Positions 18,849 to 23,062 of a DNA stretch of 23,062 bases are shown here, in pieces. The first letter of the stretch is position 1. Every line of letters begins with the position of its first letter. The notes below the pieces were generated by a model. It did no database searches. It saw only the letters and a program-made list of their open reading frames with translations, and had not been told where the DNA came from. The position numbers were made by a program, and so were the translations under genes. The stretch is from Acaryochloris sp. IP29b_bin.176 (GTDB taxonomy: Bacteria > Cyanobacteriota > Cyanobacteriia > Thermosynechococcales > Thermosynechococcaceae), in assembly GCA_028285315.1 (NCBI GenBank), contig JANQPU010000030.1, positions 1-23,062 of the forward strand, read 5' to 3'.

Positions 18849-19814
18849 ATGGTTCGCACTTGTATTGCACCCACTCAAACTTTACTCAATAACCGCTACC
18901 AGGTCACTCGTATCCTCGAAGATGGACCTTGGAGTATTGCTTGGTTGGCAGAAGATACACAGCTTCCTTCCCGACGGCAGTGCATTATCCGTCAGGTCAA
19001 ACCCCTGACTGCAGATGCTTATATCCAGAAACAGCTTTGCGATCGCATCCAAGCAGAAATCGATACTTGGCAAAAGCTGGGGGGGATTCATGACCAAATT
19101 CCTTGGCTATCCAGTTTTGCCGATACCACTGGTCAAGTATATCTGATTGAAGAATGGGTCCCAGGACTTACCCTGACCCAAACCGTTCAAAAGCAGGGGG
19201 CATTGGACGAAATCACCGTTCAGCAGATCTTGACCAAGCTGCTGTCCCTGGTAGACTACCTACACCAAAATCAAGTGGTTCACTGTGCCTTAGAACCTAA
19301 CAATATCGTGTTGCGAGAAGATGACCAAAAGCCCGTCCTCCAATATGGCAGTATGCTCAATCAGGTGATTGCCAAAACGTTTTTAGAAAATAACGTTCGA
19401 CCTATGCCTTGGATTGCAACATCTGGCTTCTTGCCCTATGAACAAGTCATTCTCGATCAACACTATTACTCCAGCAATCTCTACAGCTTGGGTCTGATTA
19501 GTACTTATTTATTGACGGGTAAAGACCCCTACGATTTGTTCAATCTCGCAACTAGTACCTGTGATTGGTCCCCAGAGACATCAGTTGCAGAATCTGCCTT
19601 TGTCGCTATTTTGAATAAGGCAATTGCCCGATTCCCTGGAGAGCGTTTCCTCACCGCTCGGCAAATGCTCAAAGCTTTGTCTGCTCCTGAACAATTTGTC
19701 CAAAATTCCCTCTCCGCCCACTCCACCTTGGTAGAGCAGATGGGAGCTTATTTAACGTCTTGTTTGCTGAGTTTAAACCCCTCAGAACAAACACTCAATT
19801 CGTATCCTGGATAG
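18849..19814 (+). CDS. Hanks-type Ser/Thr kinase-like protein lacking catalytic residues (predicted pseudokinase)
   Basis: The whole length is collinear with cyanobacterial STK catalytic domains (LLNNRYQV..., HDQIPWL, YLIEEWVPG, NLYSLGLI..LLTG). The G-loop reads LEDGPWS. The VAIK Lys is Arg (cgt 18990-18992). HRD-x-K-x-x-N reads HCALEPNN (19281-19304). DFG reads QYG (19341-19349). Confidence 0.8.
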   Translation: MVRTCIAPTQTLLNNRYQVTRILEDGPWSIAWLAEDTQLPSRRQCIIRQVKPLTADAYIQKQLCDRIQAEIDTWQKLGGIHDQIPWLSSFADTTGQVYLIEEWVPGLTLTQTVQKQGALDEITVQQILTKLLSLVDYLHQNQVVHCALEPNNIVLREDDQKPVLQYGSMLNQVIAKTFLENNVRPMPWIATSGFLPYEQVILDQHYYSSNLYSLGLISTYLLTGKDPYDLFNLATSTCDWSPETSVAESAFVAILNKAIARFPGERFLTARQMLKALSAPEQFVQNSLSAHSTLVEQMGAYLTSCLLSLNPSEQTLNSYPG

Positions 19815-19901
19815 TGAGATGCCTGAATGAGGTGATTCAGGCGGATTGGGGTCATATCGGGTGATAACAGTCACGTTATCGTCGTGATAGCTCTCAGTTG
19901 T

Positions 19902-19934
19902 GGTCAGTGACGATTCTCATCGCTGACCCTTTTT
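19902..19934 (+). terminator. Candidate rho-independent terminator downstream of the kinase-like gene
   Basis: Stem GGTCAGTGA (19902-19910) pairs with TCGCTGACC (19920-19928), with one mismatch and a 9-nt loop. C then TTTTT follows (19930-19934). Confidence 0.5.
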
Positions 19935-20047
19935 AGATCTGGGATGCTTAGCATATCCCCCAATAGGGAGAACCAATGGTTCCGCGAAGGGTTTGCGACT
20001 AAGGTTTACTTCCTAAAAGAGGGTATTGATGACTGGGAGAAGATTAA

Positions 20048-20569
20048 ATGGTTAGCAATTTCCTAAACACCAAAACTCAAGGTGCCAAGCCCTATTGGAA
20101 TCTCCAACAAAGTGACGAAGCCCTGCGAGCAAAATGGATCCACTCAACCCAAGCTCTACACTCAACCTCACAAAACCGCGATCATGTCAAAATTGCGTGT
20201 TCTGATAATGTTCGGTTAAGTACAACAACCGATACCCCCTCTCTCGGGGAGCTGATCGCTCTCTCTTGCCATCGTGTGGTTTCGTATATCCAGATGTCTC
20301 GCTTTCTGCCCATCTATGTCAAACAAGCTTGGATTCGGCAGATTAGAGTAATTGATTTAGATCGCTGGCAAGCTGGGTTAGCCATTCTTGAAGAATTATA
20401 TTTCGATCACCGCTGCGCCCAGACAGACTATCGCCCAGGGCATGACATCTTTGATTACAATGCCAACGAGAACCAGGATTTCAATGCAGAGATGACTTGT
20501 ATTGAGCATGAACTCAACACCATTGAGATAATTCTCAAATATGTGGAGGCATCCGCAGACGCAGTCTAG
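20048..20569 (+). CDS. Hypothetical protein, no family recognised
   Basis: 173-aa ORF with GC like the core genome. A GGGAG Shine-Dalgarno-like motif sits about 8 nt upstream of the ATG, and an in-frame TAA lies immediately upstream. Confidence 0.55.
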   Translation: MVSNFLNTKTQGAKPYWNLQQSDEALRAKWIHSTQALHSTSQNRDHVKIACSDNVRLSTTTDTPSLGELIALSCHRVVSYIQMSRFLPIYVKQAWIRQIRVIDLDRWQAGLAILEELYFDHRCAQTDYRPGHDIFDYNANENQDFNAEMTCIEHELNTIEIILKYVEASADAV

Positions 20570-20616
20570 GGTATCAGCTACGACAGGACAAATCTAGTGC
20601 TGTAGATTAATGTGCA

Positions 20617-20802
20617 ATGCGAAAATCCTCGACTCTGATTCATAACCTCCTGATTTTAGTCGGCTTATCAATATTATTGTCTTCATTCATCTTTCCGCTC
20701 TCCTGTGGCAACTTACCCTGGTGGCTATCCCTAATCATTCCTTTCTTTGGCGTAGTAGAAAACGAAGAAAATTTCATGAAGCAATTGCATGAATTCGATT
20801 AA
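20617..20802 (+). CDS. Possible small two-TM membrane protein
   Basis: The 61-aa ORF has two hydrophobic stretches (LLILVGLSILLSSFIF and WWLSLIIPFFGVV). Its last 29 nt overlap the 3' end of the convergent GT10 gene. I recognise no homology. Confidence 0.25.
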   Translation: MRKSSTLIHNLLILVGLSILLSSFIFPLSCGNLPWWLSLIIPFFGVVENEENFMKQLHEFD

Positions 20803-21739
20803 CAATATTGTCAAGCATTTTTTGGCGTTTCTGCTTTAATTCCTCGCGATTTTTAGATAAAAAGTTGTAGGCATTAATACAAAGGTTCAGGCGATCAATA
20901 TATTCATCCTTAGTCATATTTATAATAAAATCAAATACAGACTCAAATGGATGAAACTCAGAAACATCTATAAAACTATTTCTAGGGAAAGTCTCATAGA
21001 TTCGGTTATGTTTTCCAAAATAAATTGGAAGGCAGCCCCCTGCAATACTATCCCAGATTTTTTCAGTACAATAATAGTCATAGTTGGTATTTTCAAGGCA
21101 TAAATTGAATTTATATTTTTTCAGGATATCTTGCTTTCGATTATGCCATTCACTGCCTCGTGAATCTTCTATGGATAACCCATTTGGCCACCCCTTCCCA
21201 TATATATCAAGAAGACCTTGCCGATGACCAATAAGACCTAGTTTCTGCCGAATTTCAGTCAAATTAATGTCACGACCATCTTTAGGTAAAGAATGTTTTT
21301 TAGGTTGATTAATATACGAACTCAAAAAAACAATACATCGCCTTTTAGTTAGAATAACTGAATTGCTTGACTTGTCTATTAATGGAATACTTTCCCGAAT
21401 TGCCCATGAATATATTGTGTAGTTACTAATATGAATATCGCCTGTATAGACATTCATGATATGAAAACTTGGCAATAATGGATAGGATCTTAATTGAGAA
21501 CTATGATGTGTATCAAATCGAGGCTCATGAGTCCAAAGAAGAATTGGACGGTCGCCATAGTACAGCTTTAAAAGAATTCTATGCTGTATTCCTGAATAAC
21601 GACGAGTAATAAAGAGATCGCATTCGCTAGCACGATCTGTGAATTCAATATCTTGCTTTCTGAAGAAATTATTTGCCGTTTTATTCTTGCTGCTAAAAGG
21701 AGTGTTATCCATTGAATCTAAGCGGTATAACTTGATCAT
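20774..21739 (-). CDS. Glycosyltransferase family 10 (alpha-1,3/4-fucosyltransferase-like)
   Basis: C-terminal KKYKFNLCLENTNYDYYCTEKIWDSIAGGCLPIYFG matches the GT10 signature (YKFxLxFEN....Y.TEK) seen in Helicobacter and eukaryotic FucTs. The gene is strongly AT-rich compared with the rest of the window. Confidence 0.8.
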   Translation of the reverse strand: MIKLYRLDSMDNTPFSSKNKTANNFFRKQDIEFTDRASECDLFITRRYSGIQHRILLKLYYGDRPILLWTHEPRFDTHHSSQLRSYPLLPSFHIMNVYTGDIHISNYTIYSWAIRESIPLIDKSSNSVILTKRRCIVFLSSYINQPKKHSLPKDGRDINLTEIRQKLGLIGHRQGLLDIYGKGWPNGLSIEDSRGSEWHNRKQDILKKYKFNLCLENTNYDYYCTEKIWDSIAGGCLPIYFGKHNRIYETFPRNSFIDVSEFHPFESVFDFIINMTKDEYIDRLNLCINAYNFLSKNREELKQKRQKMLDNIVNRIHAIAS

Positions 21740-22005
21740 TAATAACCTCTCAATCGCATAAAAACTCGGAGGGTGTCTAATGTCTTGACGAAAACCGATA
21801 GTCTAACAGGGTTGTTTTAAATTAGCAGCTAGAAAATAACATCAACCCGATTAGCAAGCTTCTGCAGAGCAGTTTTGAGGGATTTATAGCCTTGTAATCG
21901 CAGGAGATTAATCACTATCGTTCTAAGCAATGACCAGTTAATACCAATTCAGCATATGTGTGACTTGTATTATGGGGATTGATAGTTGATGCTTGTTAAT
22001 CCCTT

Positions 22006-22497
22006 ATGCCCAGACCGTTACGCATCGAAATCTCCGAAAGTGAAGACACGCTTAAACGCTTGTTACGCCAACAATCCTCCGGTCGTCGCAAAGAACGCTT
22101 GCAAGCCCTGTACTGGCTCAAAAGTGGTCAAGTGAACACTCGCATGGAGTTAGCAACCCTGACCGGGCGAGGGGAGTCCACGGTGTATCGCTGGCTCAAA
22201 CTGTATAAAGCAGGTGGATTACAGACCATGCTAGAGATTCCCACCTCTCCTGGTAAGCCCCCCATGATTGGCGGAGAAGCTCTCGAAAAGCTGAAAGCTC
22301 GTCTGGCTGAACCGAGAGGCTTTGAAAGCTATGGCGCTATCCAACAATGGCTTCTAGATGCGTGTGGATTAGAAGTGCCCTACAAAACCGTCCATCAAAC
22401 CGTGCATTATCGGCTCAAAGCCAAGCTCAAAGTTCCTCGGCCTCGGTCACGCAAGACGGATGAAACTCAACAACAAGCCTATAAAAAAACTTCCTGA
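22006..22497 (+). CDS. IS630-family transposase, N-terminal (HTH DNA-binding) ORF
   Basis: 163 aa with winged-helix/HTH strings (RKERLQALYWLKSG..., ELATLTGRGESTVYRWLKLYKAGG). It ends just after the A7 run. Confidence 0.85.
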   Translation: MPRPLRIEISESEDTLKRLLRQQSSGRRKERLQALYWLKSGQVNTRMELATLTGRGESTVYRWLKLYKAGGLQTMLEIPTSPGKPPMIGGEALEKLKARLAEPRGFESYGAIQQWLLDACGLEVPYKTVHQTVHYRLKAKLKVPRPRSRKTDETQQQAYKKTS

Positions 22498-23062
22498 TGC
22501 CATTGAGGTGATGACCCGCTATTTTGCCCAAGGGCAACCTGCGCGCTACTGGTGCATGGATGAAAGTCGTTGGGGCCTCAAGACCCTCACGGGTCGGGTC
22601 CTGACTCTGCGCGGTGTGAAACCTGTCGTGACGGTACAGTGGCCCCGAGAGGCATTCTGGCTGTATGGAGCCATTGAACCTCAGACAGGAGAGCGTTTCT
22701 TCTATCGTTTTTCGCATCTTGATGGGGTGTGCTTTGAGCGCTTCCTTGAGCAATTCAGCTTCGCCTTTCCCCAAAGTTTGAATCTGATGCCAATCGATCA
22801 AGCCACAGCTCATATGGCGACTTGGATTCGATGGCCTGAGAATGTGTTGCCGATTGTGCAACCATCCCATAGTCCAGAACTCAATCCAGCGGAGCGCTTA
22901 TGGCAGGACTTGAGAAAGCGATTCAAAGGCAAAAACTTTGAGTCTATTGGGGCACTGGAGACAGCTTTGTTTGTGCAAATCAGTACCCTCTCTAAGAAGG
23001 TGGTGGCTTCTCTAACGGGATATTCTTATATCTTGGACGCCTTGGCTATACAGGTCACCTAA
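22460..23062 (+). CDS. IS630-family transposase, C-terminal DDE catalytic ORF (+1 frame relative to the N-terminal ORF)
   Basis: It contains the DDE triad strings listed above. The real coding part probably starts at the A7 run rather than at the ATG at 22460. The stop TAA forms the last 3 nt of the window. Confidence 0.8.
   Translation: MKLNNKPIKKLPDAIEVMTRYFAQGQPARYWCMDESRWGLKTLTGRVLTLRGVKPVVTVQWPREAFWLYGAIEPQTGERFFYRFSHLDGVCFERFLEQFSFAFPQSLNLMPIDQATAHMATWIRWPENVLPIVQPSHSPELNPAERLWQDLRKRFKGKNFESIGALETALFVQISTLSKKVVASLTGYSYILDALAIQVT
22483..22489 (+). promoter_or_regulatory. A7 homopolymer at the junction of the two transposase frames (possible recoding or slippage site, or the site of an inactivating indel)
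   Basis: The sequence TAT AAA AAA ACT is read ..Y-K-K-T-S-stop in the upstream frame and ..I-K-K-L-P-D in the downstream frame. Fusing them needs a +1 (or -2) shift. Confidence 0.5.

Larger units (their letters stand above)
21960..23062 (+). mobile_element. IS630-family insertion sequence (right terminus at or just beyond the window end)
   Basis: The two overlapping transposase ORFs have an HTH N-terminus and a DDE core (CMDESRWG, PIDQATAH, SPELNPAERLW, with 32 residues between the second D and the E). The candidate terminal inverted repeat is GTGACTTGTAT (21960-21970) against the reverse complement of ATACAGGTCAC (23048-23058), matching 10/11. Confidence 0.8.

Noticed and set aside
18793-19726. 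ORFs 18793-19008 (+), 18882-19097 (-), 19529-19726 (-)
   Set aside because: They overlap the kinase-like gene in other frames or strands.
19821-19842. Perfect 8-bp hairpin GCCTGAAT-gaggtg-ATTCAGGC right after the kinase-like stop, considered as a terminator
   Set aside because: No T-run follows it. The hairpin at 19902-19934 is the better terminator candidate. It could still be an RNA stability or processing element.
22427-22870. 147-aa - strand ORF
   Set aside because: It is antisense to the IS630 DDE ORF, which has clear motif support.
1-23062. Scan for CRISPR arrays, tRNA/rRNA/tmRNA genes, reverse transcriptases, toxin-antitoxin pairs, and tandem or long direct repeats
   Set aside because: I saw no regularly spaced direct repeats, no cloverleaf-like or rRNA-like segments, and no RT or nuclease-type ORFs. 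The only interspersed repeats found by eye are the two MITE copies, the HIP1 octamers and the short IS termini. A computational repeat and covariance-model scan would be needed to be sure.

Overview
This is a cyanobacterial chromosomal segment. The evidence is 10 copies of the HIP1 octamer GCGATCGC and a canonical ndhA-ndhI-ndhG-ndhE operon.

Most of the window (about 2.3-18.0 kb) is ordinary core genome. The + strand carries a small membrane protein, a GFA-family protein, an overlapping vanZ-like/VOC/MOSC trio, serC and an alpha/beta hydrolase. The - strand carries ubiX and an 8.7-kb co-directional block: a DUF3288-like gene, sixA, gltA, ndhAIGE, a rhomboid protease and uvrA.

The non-routine content is as follows:
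- 341-1718: a PaO/Tic55-type Rieske oxygenase gene broken by a 1-nt insertion and an in-frame TAG.
- A roughly 100-bp MITE-like element in two copies. One sits inside a heavily decayed GH1 beta-glucosidase remnant, and its 8-bp target-site duplication restores the reading frame when removed.
- A Hanks-type kinase homologue that has lost every catalytic residue I can check (a pseudokinase).
- A clearly low-GC GT10 (fucosyltransferase-like) gene abutting an IS630-family element. The transposase of that element is split at an A7 run, and the element ends at the window edge.

I saw no rRNA, tRNA or CRISPR array, and no recognisable defence, toxin-antitoxin, retron or biosynthetic cluster. I cannot point to a coherent novel multi-gene system. 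The most accessory-like stretch is 18.0-23.06 kb, where one 173-aa protein and one small membrane ORF have no family I recognise.

All family assignments come from motif recognition by eye and are not database-verified.
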